A DNA stretch of 64,000 nt from the NCBI GenBank assembly GCA_050115675.1, contig JASFQB010000001.1:96616-160615 (forward strand), read 5' to 3'. The stretch is from Candidatus Woesebacteria bacterium (GTDB lineage: Bacteria > Patescibacteriota > Saccharimonadia > Saccharimonadales > EFPC-124). A program made the position numbers and the translations under genes. The notes below the pieces were generated by a model that was not told the DNA's origin, did no database searches, and saw nothing but the letters and a program-made list of their open reading frames with translations. Of this stretch, positions 8,938 through 19,222 are shown in pieces; position 1 is the stretch's first letter, and the number at the start of each line of letters is the position of its first letter.

Positions 8938-11475
8938 CTAATAACTGGTTTGTATCCATTCGCTGCCATTATAAACTTTTACGGGTTTTGTAACCCAAGC
9001 TGATCCGTTCCACACTTTTGCCGGCTTGGCTGTCCAGCTGCCATTGTAGACTTTTGCATTTCCGCCCGTGCCATCGCTTGTAATAAAATCTACAACGTTG
9101 CCAAATGCTACTGCGTCACCTACAGTTACGCCTGTTGTTCCCCACGCTTGCCAATGATAGCTAGCGCGCGCGGTTAAGCCGGTGGTGGCAACTCCCATTA
9201 TTTGATAAATGTAGGGTGATTTATCTGTCCACGCCCAACTTGCGGGGCTATCTGTAAAGTTTAGTTCCTGAGTGTCATTAAACCATGTGCCCGAAACTGG
9301 TCGGCCGCAAGCGACCAAAAAGTAATCTCCTATGACCATGCAGCCTGCGCTGCGTCTTGCAGAAGGAGTGTTGCTTGTTGCTTGCGTGGTCCACGATGTA
9401 AAAGAGCTTGTGCTTGTGTATCTAACGGTATTGTTTACAGCGGAGCCGTCGTATCCCCCAAAGCAAACTAGCCTTTGGTTGGTTGTATCGTAACCTAAAG
9501 TTGCTCCGCGAACAGCAAGACCTCCCGTTACTCCTGTGTCTGTCCAGGAGCAGTTTGCAGTGCTTATGTCTAAATAGAATAGTTGTGAAGTAAAAGTTGT
9601 GCCTCCAGTATTAGTGGCGCCGCCATGAATGTATAATCTGTTATTTGCCGAATCAAAAGCAAAGCAAGACTGCCAGGCGGTAGCCGGAGCTGATCCGGTT
9701 GGAGAAAGCTGGGTCCAAGCTTCTGCACCATCTGTTAAATCTAGCTCCCAAACATCGCCCAAAACTGCAGATTGGCTTTGTCCGCCCCACATAACCATTC
9801 GCTGATTGGTTACATCGTAACACCCATTCGCAAACCATCTTTGAGTTGGTAGGCTGCCACTTGGTGATAATTTTGTAGCATGATACATGCCATGAGAATC
9901 GGCTTTAAGCTCCCAGGTGTCGTTTGTGCGTTGATTTGCTCCGCACAGGCCGCCAAAATATATAGTACGTTGATTTGCAGAGTCGTAAACTGCCAGCCCT
10001 CCTTCGTTTGCCGGTATGCTAAAAGGTCCTTTGGCAGCAAAGCGCCACTTGTTAGCTGTTCGGTCGTATGCCCATATGTCTGAAACGTGTTCGCCACGAC
10101 TTGTTGTGGCGTCGTCGTCCATTGCGCTGTATCCGCTAATTAAAAGCCATTCGCTGCGATCGGAATCGTAAACACAGGTAGGTGCGTCGCGACCTCTAAA
10201 ATAATCAATTACTGTTAAGCCATACATTGGGGCGGTCGCGGAAGTGTCATTCATGTCAAACGCCCAGGTGTATTTGTTATTGCCGTCGTATCCGTATTGC
10301 GTGGCAAAAACAAACATGTTGCGGCTTGTGTCTATGGCAGAGGCGCAACTAGAAAATGCCAAAATTCCTTGGTTGGTTAAGTCGTTGCTTTTTATCTGCG
10401 TCCAAGCTTCTGCGCCAGAGGTTAATGAGAGCTGAATAACGTCATTGCGATTTGTACTGATTGATCCTTGCCAGCCACCAGTCAATAGTGCTCGGCCATT
10501 TATAGGGTCGTAGGCTATATTGAATAATTGTCTGCCTCCTGGTGTTGTGCCACTTGGTGATAATTGAGTAAAGCTGCTGCCACTTATGCTGTATTCCCAG
10601 GCGTCACTTAAGTAGTTGCTTCCATCGTAGCCGCTGGACACAATTAATCTTGCATTTGCTGAGTCATATATCATTCCTGCGCCAGATCGCCTTGAAGGAC
10701 TGCCGGCGGCACCATCCGCTGTTAGTGTGGTCCAAGTAACTGCGGCAGGGGAGTTGACATCAAAAGTGCAACGTTGCAAATCGTTAACCAATGCTGCGCT
10801 TGATCCCCCGAATAAGTAAAGGTCGGTTGTGCTTGATGTGGTATTTATCGGCACCATGGTTTGAGAGATATACGATCGTGTGGCTGGCGTGTTAGTCTGT
10901 GAAACCGTAGACCAGGCTTCGCTGTCTGGAGTGGTGATGTCAAGAGTGTGCATTTCGTTCAGGTTAGATGGAGAAGCGCCGCCCCAAACTATCATGTATG
11001 CTTTATCGACCGATCCAGACGTCGTGCCTCGTACAAATGCCGCACCAGCTAAGTTTTTTGCAGTTGGAGGTGTGCCAGAAGGGCTAAGCTTGCGCCAACG
11101 AGCATACGCGTCATCTGCAGAAAGCGAGTAAACGTCATTAAAACGAGTTACGCCGTTGTAGCCGCCAAAAAGTATAAAACGTTTGTTTTTTGCGTCGTAA
11201 ACTAAATTTGCTCCGCGACGCTGTGTTGGTAGATAAGTTTCTTTTAAAATTCGGGCAACATTGGTAGATGTAGCTGCGTCGCTAAAATTTGTGCCAGTTG
11301 GTCTGACTTCTGTGCTTAGACTTGTCGCAGATGCTGGTGTTGAGCTATAAACGTCAGATTCCAACCAAATATCATTAGAAATGCCATCGCCGGCAGTGTT
11401 TCCACCAGATACTATAGTGGTATATTGATCATCGCGATATTGTCCTCGCGGGACTATGTCTGGATCGCTGGCCAT
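8938..11475 (-). CDS. Kelch-repeat beta-propeller protein. It is the C-terminal receptor-binding-like module of a tail-fibre-like gene and begins directly after the TAG of 11476..11994.
   Basis: Multiple Kelch-type repeats (LVYDAKNKRFILFGGYNG..NDVYSL; repeated W..SPSGT motifs). C-terminal tandem WxxKPxKVxNGSxW repeats. Confidence 0.7.
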   Translation of the reverse strand: MASDPDIVPRGQYRDDQYTTIVSGGNTAGDGISNDIWLESDVYSSTPASATSLSTEVRPTGTNFSDAATSTNVARILKETYLPTQRRGANLVYDAKNKRFILFGGYNGVTRFNDVYSLSADDAYARWRKLSPSGTPPTAKNLAGAAFVRGTTSGSVDKAYMIVWGGASPSNLNEMHTLDITTPDSEAWSTVSQTNTPATRSYISQTMVPINTTSSTTDLYLFGGSSAALVNDLQRCTFDVNSPAAVTWTTLTADGAAGSPSRRSGAGMIYDSANARLIVSSGYDGSNYLSDAWEYSISGSSFTQLSPSGTTPGGRQLFNIAYDPINGRALLTGGWQGSISTNRNDVIQLSLTSGAEAWTQIKSNDLTNQGILAFSSCASAIDTSRNMFVFATQYGYDGNNKYTWAFDMNDTSATAPMYGLTVIDYFRGRDAPTCVYDSDRSEWLLISGYSAMDDDATTSRGEHVSDIWAYDRTANKWRFAAKGPFSIPANEGGLAVYDSANQRTIYFGGLCGANQRTNDTWELKADSHGMYHATKLSPSGSLPTQRWFANGCYDVTNQRMVMWGGQSQSAVLGDVWELDLTDGAEAWTQLSPTGSAPATAWQSCFAFDSANNRLYIHGGATNTGGTTFTSQLFYLDISTANCSWTDTGVTGGLAVRGATLGYDTTNQRLVCFGGYDGSAVNNTVRYTSTSSFTSWTTQATSNTPSARRSAGCMVIGDYFLVACGRPVSGTWFNDTQELNFTDSPASWAWTDKSPYIYQIMGVATTGLTARASYHWQAWGTTGVTVGDAVAFGNVVDFITSDGTGGNAKVYNGSWTAKPAKVWNGSAWVTKPVKVYNGSEWIQTSY

Positions 11476-11994
11476 CTAGTTTGTGCCTATCCACACATCG
11501 CCAGCAGACGGACTGGTAGGTGCGGTGCTGCTAACAGTTATTTTTGCAAAACCTGAGGCTTCTGCAACAGAAAGATTGGTGCGCGCAGTAGGGGCGTCTG
11601 CAACATCGCTTAAATTGCTTGCCGCAGCTAATTTGCCGCTTAAATCAGTAGTTAAATCGGTGATCTTGCTTTGCGAAATTGTGTCTACGTCGCTGTCGCC
11701 AATGTTAAGTGCGGCTAATTTTGATTTGGCTATGGCTGCCGTTGCGCTGATTTCGCTGTTGGCAATAGAAAGACTAAGCTTGCTCTGAGCTATTGCTGCT
11801 GACGTGTTTACTTCGCTATCCGTAATAGAAAGGCTAAGTTTACTTTGCTCAATGCTGGCGGATGATGCAACGGTGTCATTTGTGACCGCTCCAGATTTTA
11901 GGGTTCCACCGCTGGTGTGTGCCTGCAAAAGATAGTCGTTTAGGATTGTTCCCCAAACGCCGTCATCTCCTCCTGATACGGGTAATCTTGCCAT
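11476..11994 (-). CDS. Tail-fibre-like N-terminal module (172 aa), paralogous to the N-terminus of the DGR target at 54787.
   Basis: Shares M.RLP..G.DDGVWG..LND.L and ATAAIAKSKLAALNIGDSDVDTISQSKITDLTTDLSGK with the 54787 protein. Its TAG stop is immediately followed by an in-frame ATG of the Kelch ORF. Confidence 0.7.
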   Translation of the reverse strand: MARLPVSGGDDGVWGTILNDYLLQAHTSGGTLKSGAVTNDTVASSASIEQSKLSLSITDSEVNTSAAIAQSKLSLSIANSEISATAAIAKSKLAALNIGDSDVDTISQSKITDLTTDLSGKLAAASNLSDVADAPTARTNLSVAEASGFAKITVSSTAPTSPSAGDVWIGTN

Positions 11995-12151
11995 TGTCTA
12001 CCTCATTGCGCCTATGCTTTTACTCTATTATAAAGTAAATACTATAGCTACAAAAGCCCAAAATGATATTAGATTGGCTAAATGATTATTGGCATTGTTT
12101 TTGTATTTTGATACGATTTTACATACGGCCAGAGCAACCTAAGGAGTAGAA

Positions 12152-12658
12152 ATGTTTCGCATTGGGCTAGATGTAGGCGGTGTGATTATTGATTCTTTAG
12201 CTAATGACAATACGCCAACCGATTTTATGGGCGATCATTACTTACGAACTACAGCTGTTTCTGGTGCTCTCGATGGAGTCTGCGGGCTTGTTGAGCGCTT
12301 TGGGCGAGACAATGTGTACATCATTTCAAAGGCACGACGCCAAATGGTCCGAGATAGGATTGTTAGGTGGCTGTGGGCGCATGAATTTCTTCATAGCACT
12401 AGGCTAGAACGTGGCAACGTATTTTTTTGCAGTACGTGGATTGACAAAACTCCGATTGCGGCACAACTAAGGTTGAATGCTTTTGTGGATGACAGATGTG
12501 ATGTATTGCGATATATGCAGGTATCCGTTCCGTGGAGGTTTTTGTTTAGGCCTCAGCCGCGTCTTAGTCAAAACACAACGGGATTGGTTGCGGTTGCGAG
12601 TTGGAGGCAATTGACATTAAAAATCGATAGACTTCGTTCTGGTCGCCCCGTGCGCTAG
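12152..12658 (+). CDS. Hypothetical protein.
   Basis: ORF with a plausible terminator downstream (12671-12698). No confident family. Confidence 0.4.
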   Translation: MFRIGLDVGGVIIDSLANDNTPTDFMGDHYLRTTAVSGALDGVCGLVERFGRDNVYIISKARRQMVRDRIVRWLWAHEFLHSTRLERGNVFFCSTWIDKTPIAAQLRLNAFVDDRCDVLRYMQVSVPWRFLFRPQPRLSQNTTGLVAVASWRQLTLKIDRLRSGRPVR

Positions 12659-12765
12659 CCGTATTATTGAAGCCCGCTTGATCTAAGCGGGCTTTTTAAA
12701 CTGGTAATAAAAGTCTTAGCGGTGTAAAATTATAGTATACTTAAACTAGTAAATGGGTAGGCAGT

Positions 12766-13656
12766 ATGACTGACGTAATTATTGGCGTAAAAGGTCTTAT
12801 TAAAGATTTTGGACACAATCGGGCACTAAACAATTTGGATCTAACTGTTCATGCAGGTGAGGTCCATGGTTTTTTGGGTCCAAATGGCGCCGGCAAATCA
12901 ACGACTATTCGTATTTTGTTGGGAATGCTACATAAAAATGCAGGCGAGGTGCAACTTTTGGGTAAAGACCCGTGGCGTGACGCAGTAGAGTTGCATAAAC
13001 ACTTGGCCTACGTGCCGGGAGATGTAAGTCTTTGGCCAAATCTGTCTGGCGGAGAAGCTATCGATTTGCTTGGCAGGCTGCGTGGTGGGCCGGTAACTGC
13101 ACGGCGCCAAGAGTTAATTGATCGTTTTAATCTTGATCCTACTAAAAAATGCGGCACGTACTCTAAGGGTAATCGCCAAAAAGTTGCAATTATTGCAGCA
13201 TTGGCGTCTGATGTAGATTTGTATTTGCTGGATGAGCCTACATCTGGCCTTGATCCCCTAATGCAAGCTGTTTTTAACGAATATGTAACCCAGTTGCGTC
13301 ACGAAGGTAAAACCATCTTATTGTCCAGTCATATATTAGCTGAGGTTGACACGCTCTGTGACGAAGTAACAATTATCAAAGAGGGTAAAGATATTATCTC
13401 TGACAAGCTTTCGTCGTTGCGACACATGACTTACTCTACGGTTACTGTTCAAACAAAAAAACCAATTACAGGTTTAAACAAAATGCCCGATGTTTCTGAT
13501 GTTACGGTGAATGGCGATCATACTACATTTAGGGTAAAAAACGGCGGGCTAAGTGCAGCGCTTACGCATGTTGCCAAATTTGGTATGCATAGTATTTACA
13601 GCGCTCCGCCAACTCTAGAGCAATTATTTATGCGACACTACGAGGAAGCTGAATAA
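12766..13656 (+). CDS. ABC transporter ATP-binding protein.
   Basis: Walker A GPNGAGKST, signature LSGGEA, Walker B LYLLDEPTSGLD. Confidence 0.9.
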   Translation: MTDVIIGVKGLIKDFGHNRALNNLDLTVHAGEVHGFLGPNGAGKSTTIRILLGMLHKNAGEVQLLGKDPWRDAVELHKHLAYVPGDVSLWPNLSGGEAIDLLGRLRGGPVTARRQELIDRFNLDPTKKCGTYSKGNRQKVAIIAALASDVDLYLLDEPTSGLDPLMQAVFNEYVTQLRHEGKTILLSSHILAEVDTLCDEVTIIKEGKDIISDKLSSLRHMTYSTVTVQTKKPITGLNKMPDVSDVTVNGDHTTFRVKNGGLSAALTHVAKFGMHSIYSAPPTLEQLFMRHYEEAE

Positions 13657-15293
13657 TGAGTTTTAAAAATCTGTTTTCCGGAACTTTTAAGCTTTTTAGG
13701 CTTTATTTAAGATGCGATCGCATAAAACTTGCCATATGGATATTCGGTAGTATAGCAATAATGTACGCTTCTGCTTGGAGTGTGGTTGAGCTATACAAAA
13801 CACCCGAACAAATCTATGGCTATGTGTCTGTCGCTGTATCAAACGCAGCTTCTAGGGCGTTTAACGGGCCAATCTTAGGAGCGACTCAGGCCTCTGTTGT
13901 GCTTACCGAAACCTTTTCGTTTTTTACTTTGGTCGTGGCATTTGCCAGTACTCTTTTGGTTGTTCGCCATACTAGACAGGCCGAAGAAAACGGCAGGGCA
14001 GAACTTGTTACTGGTGGAGCGGTGGGTGTTTTTGCACCGTTAACAGCCTCCTTATTGCTGGCACTTTGCTTAAATATTGCACTTGGTGCTACATTTACTT
14101 TTAGTTATGTTGCTTGTGGATTAGGCTGGGGCGGGTCTGTTATGGCGGGGCTTGCCATGGGGATGGTCGGGGTCATTTTTGCAGCAATCGCAGCAATCGC
14201 AGCTCAAATTACGCAAACTTCTAGGGCTGCCAATGCCATTGCTGGTGGTGCAATAGGATTCTTCTTTCTAGTTCGAGCGGTAGGTGATGTTTTAGGTAAA
14301 GTTGAACCAAACGGAGTAGAGGTCAAAAGCTCTTGGTTGACTTTTTTGTCGCCAATGGGGTTGGCTCGCGAAACCCAGCCATTGGTTCGCGATAATATTT
14401 GGCCGGTTTACGTATTGTTGGCCCTTGCATTTTTACTGGTTATTATTGCATTTATAATATTAAAAAATCGCGATTTGGGCTCGGGGATTGTGCCCGTGCG
14501 GCGTGGTCCGCCAGAGGCATCTTCTTTGCTTTCAAACGTTTTTGGTCTAGCTTGGCGTCAGCAGTGTGGTTTAATAGTTGGATGGTCTGTTTGTATAGTT
14601 TTAATGGCAGCGATAGTCGGTGGTATGGCAGACGAAGCAGGCAAGTTTTCTTCTTCGAACCAAACAATGAACGATCTTATTACGCTATTGGGCGGAAGCG
14701 AGAATATCGTAAAAGCCTATCTAACATTTTGTATGTTGCTGATGGGCGTAATGGTTGCCGCATATACCATACAAGCGATGCAAAAAACCAGAGCCGAAGA
14801 AGTAGGCGGTAGGCTAGAGCAAATACTTGCTTGTCGCGTTAGTCGCATGTCTTGGCTACTAAGCCATGTTTTATTGGTGGCACTAGGAGGAACGCTGCTG
14901 CTTGTTTTAAGTGGTGTAGCGACGGGTTTGACCTACGGAATTGTAATTAATGATATTTGGAATCAAACATCTTCGTTGCTGGTTGCAGGTCTAGCGCAGT
15001 TGCCCGCAGTTTTAATATTTTTGGGATTCTCTGCGCTTAGCTTTGCTGTATTGCCAAAAATTTCTATAATGCTAGACTGGCTATTTTTTGCAGCATGCTA
15101 TGTAGTAATACAATTTGGTGAAGTATTTAAATTGGACCAGTGGGTTTTGGACTTGTCTCCATTTACGCACGTGCCAGCAATGCCCTCGCAAGATATTGCC
15201 TGGTGGCCAGTAGTTAGTATGACGATGATAGCTGTAGTTGGTATAATCGCCTCGCTCGTATTGTTTAGACGGCGTAATTTGACAACTGTATGA
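13656..15293 (+). CDS. ABC-2 type transporter permease.
   Basis: Start overlaps the upstream ATPase stop (ATGA). Polytopic membrane protein of about 12 TM helices. Confidence 0.75.
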   Translation: MSFKNLFSGTFKLFRLYLRCDRIKLAIWIFGSIAIMYASAWSVVELYKTPEQIYGYVSVAVSNAASRAFNGPILGATQASVVLTETFSFFTLVVAFASTLLVVRHTRQAEENGRAELVTGGAVGVFAPLTASLLLALCLNIALGATFTFSYVACGLGWGGSVMAGLAMGMVGVIFAAIAAIAAQITQTSRAANAIAGGAIGFFFLVRAVGDVLGKVEPNGVEVKSSWLTFLSPMGLARETQPLVRDNIWPVYVLLALAFLLVIIAFIILKNRDLGSGIVPVRRGPPEASSLLSNVFGLAWRQQCGLIVGWSVCIVLMAAIVGGMADEAGKFSSSNQTMNDLITLLGGSENIVKAYLTFCMLLMGVMVAAYTIQAMQKTRAEEVGGRLEQILACRVSRMSWLLSHVLLVALGGTLLLVLSGVATGLTYGIVINDIWNQTSSLLVAGLAQLPAVLIFLGFSALSFAVLPKISIMLDWLFFAACYVVIQFGEVFKLDQWVLDLSPFTHVPAMPSQDIAWWPVVSMTMIAVVGIIASLVLFRRRNLTTV

Positions 15294-15365
15294 TTGACTT
15301 GCTGAATAAAAGCGCATAAAATAAATGATTAAAGCGGTCAAGTCTAGTTTTAGAGAGAGGTTGCC

Positions 15366-15665
15366 ATGCCAACTTTCCCGACTCCAGAACAACTTTCTCA
15401 GCAGCAGCGCGCTGCAGTTCAGGCGGATGTCGAGAAGCTTCGTGCGGCCGTTATGGAGGCTTTTAATCGGCCAGGCTCTGACGGTAGCTATTACGTGTAC
15501 GTCGAAGGGTACTCTGATGTAGCTGTAGGGATTGTTATAAAGGAGCTTGAAGCATCTGCTTGGAGCGTCAGTTATGAGAGTAGCCCACGAGAGGGCTCTG
15601 CGTTGCGAATACGGCCCAATCCTGCTGCTTCTCGTGGGGGCGGAAACGCCACTGCTTGGCTCTGA
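15366..15665 (+). CDS. Hypothetical small protein.
   Basis: ORF with coding-like composition only. Confidence 0.3.
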   Translation: MPTFPTPEQLSQQQRAAVQADVEKLRAAVMEAFNRPGSDGSYYVYVEGYSDVAVGIVIKELEASAWSVSYESSPREGSALRIRPNPAASRGGGNATAWL

Positions 15666-15853
15666 CTTGTGATTGCCCCGTGACCCATATTCTGGGTCGC
15701 GGGGTATTTTTAGTTGTTGTCAAAAAACTTGTTAATTGCGCAAGGCGAGGTTGTATTGACTATTTAATTGTTTCGTTGTATTATTTACCAGATTGTTTGA
15801 CTCTATCGTCAGGCAAATTGTTCGTTACATGTTTATCCTAAAAGGGGATTGCA

Positions 15854-17653
15854 ATGGAGGCTCTAAAGCCAAGCGATCCGACCAGGATTGGTCCTTACGA
15901 GGTTGAGGGCGTTGTTGGTCGGGGCGGAATGGGCATTGTCTATTATTGTACAAGGGGCGCTACAGCAGTTGCCGTAAAAGTCATTAATCCAAATCTGAAT
16001 TACGATCTTGAAGCGCGTAGGCGTTTTAGGCGAGAAATTGTTGCAGCAAAGAAAGTTGGGGGCAATTGTGTTGCAAAGGTTGTTGATGAAGGCTCAGATC
16101 AGGGGATGCTCTGGTATGCCAGCGAGTTCATTGAGGGAGTAACCCTGCATCAGGCTGTAGCTCTAGAACGTTTTAACGATGATGCGTTCTCTAACCTCGT
16201 CCGTGGGCTGTGCAAGTCTTTGCGTGAGATCCACGGTTCGGGTATTGTGCATCGTGATCTAAAGCCGACAAATATTATGATTGGTCCGCGCGGTGCTGTA
16301 GTATTAGACTTTGGTATCTCTCATATTTTGGGAGGAACGGCAATTACGGCAACTGGCGAGGTGATTGGCACTGCCAATTATATGTCGCCTGAGCATTTTG
16401 GTATTGGACAAGTTAGTCAAGCGAGTGATATTTTTGCATTGGGTAGTGTTTTGGTTTTTGCTGCTACCGGAAGGCCAGCTTTTGGTAATCACCAAACTCT
16501 GGCTACGGCGATGCGCGCCATTTTGGATGATCCGCCTGACTTGCGCGGCGTATCTGGACTAGCGCGCAAGATTATTGAACTTTGTTTGCAGAAAGATCCA
16601 GCAAGACGTGCTACGCTAGACCAAGTCGAGGCGCTTTTGCCCGCTGCCAAAACGGTTGTTTTGGGCAATGCCGAATGGCTGCCGCCAACTGTTAAGCAGC
16701 GGGTACTGGCGTCAACAAAGGCCTATCCAAAACCTCAGGCTACGCGCGTTGCGCCAAGTTTAGCCGTATCCGTCGTGCCAGATCAGTCGCGGGATGGGAG
16801 TGCGGATCAGACGAATGGGCGAAGTAACGCAGATAATGATGAAATTAGCACAACTGCTGTCGCCATTGCTTCTATTGTTACATTAGCTCTTATTGTAAGC
16901 GCAGTCTGGTTTGTTGTTAGACCAGCCGGCTGGGCTGATCAGATTAGGGCAAATTCGCTTTTAGGAGATCTTCCGCAAGTAGAGTTTGTACCCAAAGAGT
17001 CTGGCTTGATTGATGCTGGTTCTGGCAGAACAATTGCCGTAATCAGTGCAGAATCTGTAGGTTATAATCTCTTGATTAAGGCGTCATTTGAAGGTTACGA
17101 TGTTCCTGGCGCGGCAGCTGCCGCAAATGCGCTGTGTGCTGCAACAAGCTATCGCGGCGAAGACGAAATAATTAAGTACGAAGGCAGCACTTCGTTGGCT
17201 GACCCCGTTTTTGTTATGAGCGACGGCAGTATGCAGGTAAGTGTTGTTTTTAGCGCGGCATTGACGCTTTCTTCCAAGGTCTGGATTGGTCAAGAGTGTG
17301 ATTTTAGCCAACGTCTTAATGTTGGTTATAATTACTATCAAAGCAGCCATGACACAATGGTTCTTACAAATCAAGGGCAGTCTGTGCCTGTACTTTTGCT
17401 TAGTGACGAAATGTTTGTCGTGCCAAGTGGTGCGGACGGCTACTACTACAAAGCCCACAACTCGGATGGATCGACAGAGATTGTTGTTCCACAAAAAATA
17501 ATCACTAAAAGTAAGGGCAATGTAGATTTTGATGTTTATCTAGCGAATGAAGGCGTAACAGAACCGTGGCTTTGTCTTAAGCGAGAAGCTGATAAAAGCC
17601 CGGAATCGTCCTGTAGTGCGACATTGGTAACAACGCATAATCCAGTTGAGTAA
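15854..17653 (+). CDS. Ser/Thr protein kinase with a TM helix and an extracellular C-terminal domain.
   Basis: Gly-loop GRGGMGIVY, VAVK, catalytic HRDLKPTNIM, DFGIS, TM segment at about residue 340. Confidence 0.85.
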   Translation: MEALKPSDPTRIGPYEVEGVVGRGGMGIVYYCTRGATAVAVKVINPNLNYDLEARRRFRREIVAAKKVGGNCVAKVVDEGSDQGMLWYASEFIEGVTLHQAVALERFNDDAFSNLVRGLCKSLREIHGSGIVHRDLKPTNIMIGPRGAVVLDFGISHILGGTAITATGEVIGTANYMSPEHFGIGQVSQASDIFALGSVLVFAATGRPAFGNHQTLATAMRAILDDPPDLRGVSGLARKIIELCLQKDPARRATLDQVEALLPAAKTVVLGNAEWLPPTVKQRVLASTKAYPKPQATRVAPSLAVSVVPDQSRDGSADQTNGRSNADNDEISTTAVAIASIVTLALIVSAVWFVVRPAGWADQIRANSLLGDLPQVEFVPKESGLIDAGSGRTIAVISAESVGYNLLIKASFEGYDVPGAAAAANALCAATSYRGEDEIIKYEGSTSLADPVFVMSDGSMQVSVVFSAALTLSSKVWIGQECDFSQRLNVGYNYYQSSHDTMVLTNQGQSVPVLLLSDEMFVVPSGADGYYYKAHNSDGSTEIVVPQKIITKSKGNVDFDVYLANEGVTEPWLCLKREADKSPESSCSATLVTTHNPVE

Positions 17654-17758
17654 CGACAAGTTGATGGGGTGGCCTGTAAAGGTCGCCCCTGTTTAATTAC
17701 TGAAGGTATTTGTGTATAATAATTACCATCAAAAAAGCATAATCAAAATGGCAAAATC

Positions 17759-19180
17759 ATGACAACAAGCTTAAAAGAACACAAAACAAAACCATTGCCC
17801 AAAGCCCTGTCTTTGCGCAAAATCATTGGGCCAAGTTTTATAATATTGGGACTTGGCTTGGGCAGCGGTGAGGTTATTTTATGGCCATATTTAGCTTCTC
17901 AATATGGGATGGGCATGATATGGGGTGCTGTTTTGGGCTTAACTTTGCAATTCTTTATGAATATGGAAATAGAGCGCTACGCACTTGCGCGCGGCGAAAG
18001 CATTTTTGTTGGTTTTGCGCGCAAGGCTAGATGGCTGCCGTTTTGGTTTGCGTTATCTACATTTATACCCTGGATGTGGCCAGGAATAGTCGCCTCGTCT
18101 GCAACTCTGATTAGCCATATTTTTGGAATATCTGATGTAAAATATGTGTCGGTTGGGCTTTTGGTGCTCATGGGCCTGATACTGTCTCTTGGGCCAGTGC
18201 TATACAAAACGGTAGAGACTCTGCAAAAAGTCTTAATTATCGCAGGCGTTCCATCAATTTTTGTAATTAGCATTATGCTTGCAAAGCCACAAGACTGGAC
18301 TGCAACAGCACAGGGTCTGGTGGGCGTTGGTGATGGTTATTGGTTATTTCCAGTTGGCATAGGACTGGCATTTATAGCCACAAAATTTACAAGTGCACTG
18401 GCGTATGCAGGGGCTGGTGGCAACTTAAACTTGGCTCAGTCGTTTTATGTTCGCGAAAAGGGTTTTGGAATGGGTAAATATGCTGGTCGCATTACTAGCT
18501 TGTTTACGGGTAAAAAAGAAAACGTAAGCCTAGAAGGTTTTAAATTTGCTGACACCGCAGAAAATACTAAACAGTTTAAAAAATGGTGGCGCACAATAAA
18601 CACCGAACACTTTTTGGTTTTTTGGCTTACTGGTTCGATTACAATTATTTTACTGAGCTTGTTGGCCTATACAACCACCTATCATGTAGGTGGATTAAGC
18701 GAGGGTATCGGATTTGTTGTAAATGAAGCCAACGTTATTGGCGAAAGGCTGGTGCCCGCTATTGGGATATTCTTCTTGATAGTTGTGTCACTTACGTTAT
18801 TTGGAACGCAACTAACAGTGTTTGACGCTACAAGCAGAATTATCGCAGAAAACGCAGTGCTAAGTGCTCCCAAGATGTTTAAAGCTAATCTAATTCCCAA
18901 GATATACTATGCAGTTTTGTGGTTGTTTATTTCTGTGGGAATAATCATTTCGCTATTCTTTAATGCTCAGCCTTTACAGCTGCTAGTTATAGCTGCAGTG
19001 CTAAATGCCTTTGCTATGTTTGTTCATAGTGGCCTTACGGTATGGTTAAATCGCACTAATTTGCCAAAATCTATACGCATAAACAATTGGCGTACAGCAG
19101 TTATGGTGTTTGCCTGTGTATTTTATGGTGTGTTTAGTATTTTTGTAATTGTTAGTGAAGTTCAAAAATTATTTAAATAA
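17759..19180 (+). CDS. Polytopic membrane transporter, divergent Nramp-like (APC superfamily).
   Basis: Nramp-like TM1-3 pattern (IGPSFIILG..GSGEV..QYGMGMIWGAVLGLTLQFF..ERYALARGES) but lacking the canonical DPGN motif. Confidence 0.45.
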   Translation: MTTSLKEHKTKPLPKALSLRKIIGPSFIILGLGLGSGEVILWPYLASQYGMGMIWGAVLGLTLQFFMNMEIERYALARGESIFVGFARKARWLPFWFALSTFIPWMWPGIVASSATLISHIFGISDVKYVSVGLLVLMGLILSLGPVLYKTVETLQKVLIIAGVPSIFVISIMLAKPQDWTATAQGLVGVGDGYWLFPVGIGLAFIATKFTSALAYAGAGGNLNLAQSFYVREKGFGMGKYAGRITSLFTGKKENVSLEGFKFADTAENTKQFKKWWRTINTEHFLVFWLTGSITIILLSLLAYTTTYHVGGLSEGIGFVVNEANVIGERLVPAIGIFFLIVVSLTLFGTQLTVFDATSRIIAENAVLSAPKMFKANLIPKIYYAVLWLFISVGIIISLFFNAQPLQLLVIAAVLNAFAMFVHSGLTVWLNRTNLPKSIRINNWRTAVMVFACVFYGVFSIFVIVSEVQKLFK

Positions 19181-19222
19181 AATCTTTTATAGATAAAATC
19201 AAGATGCTATAATATCCTCTGC

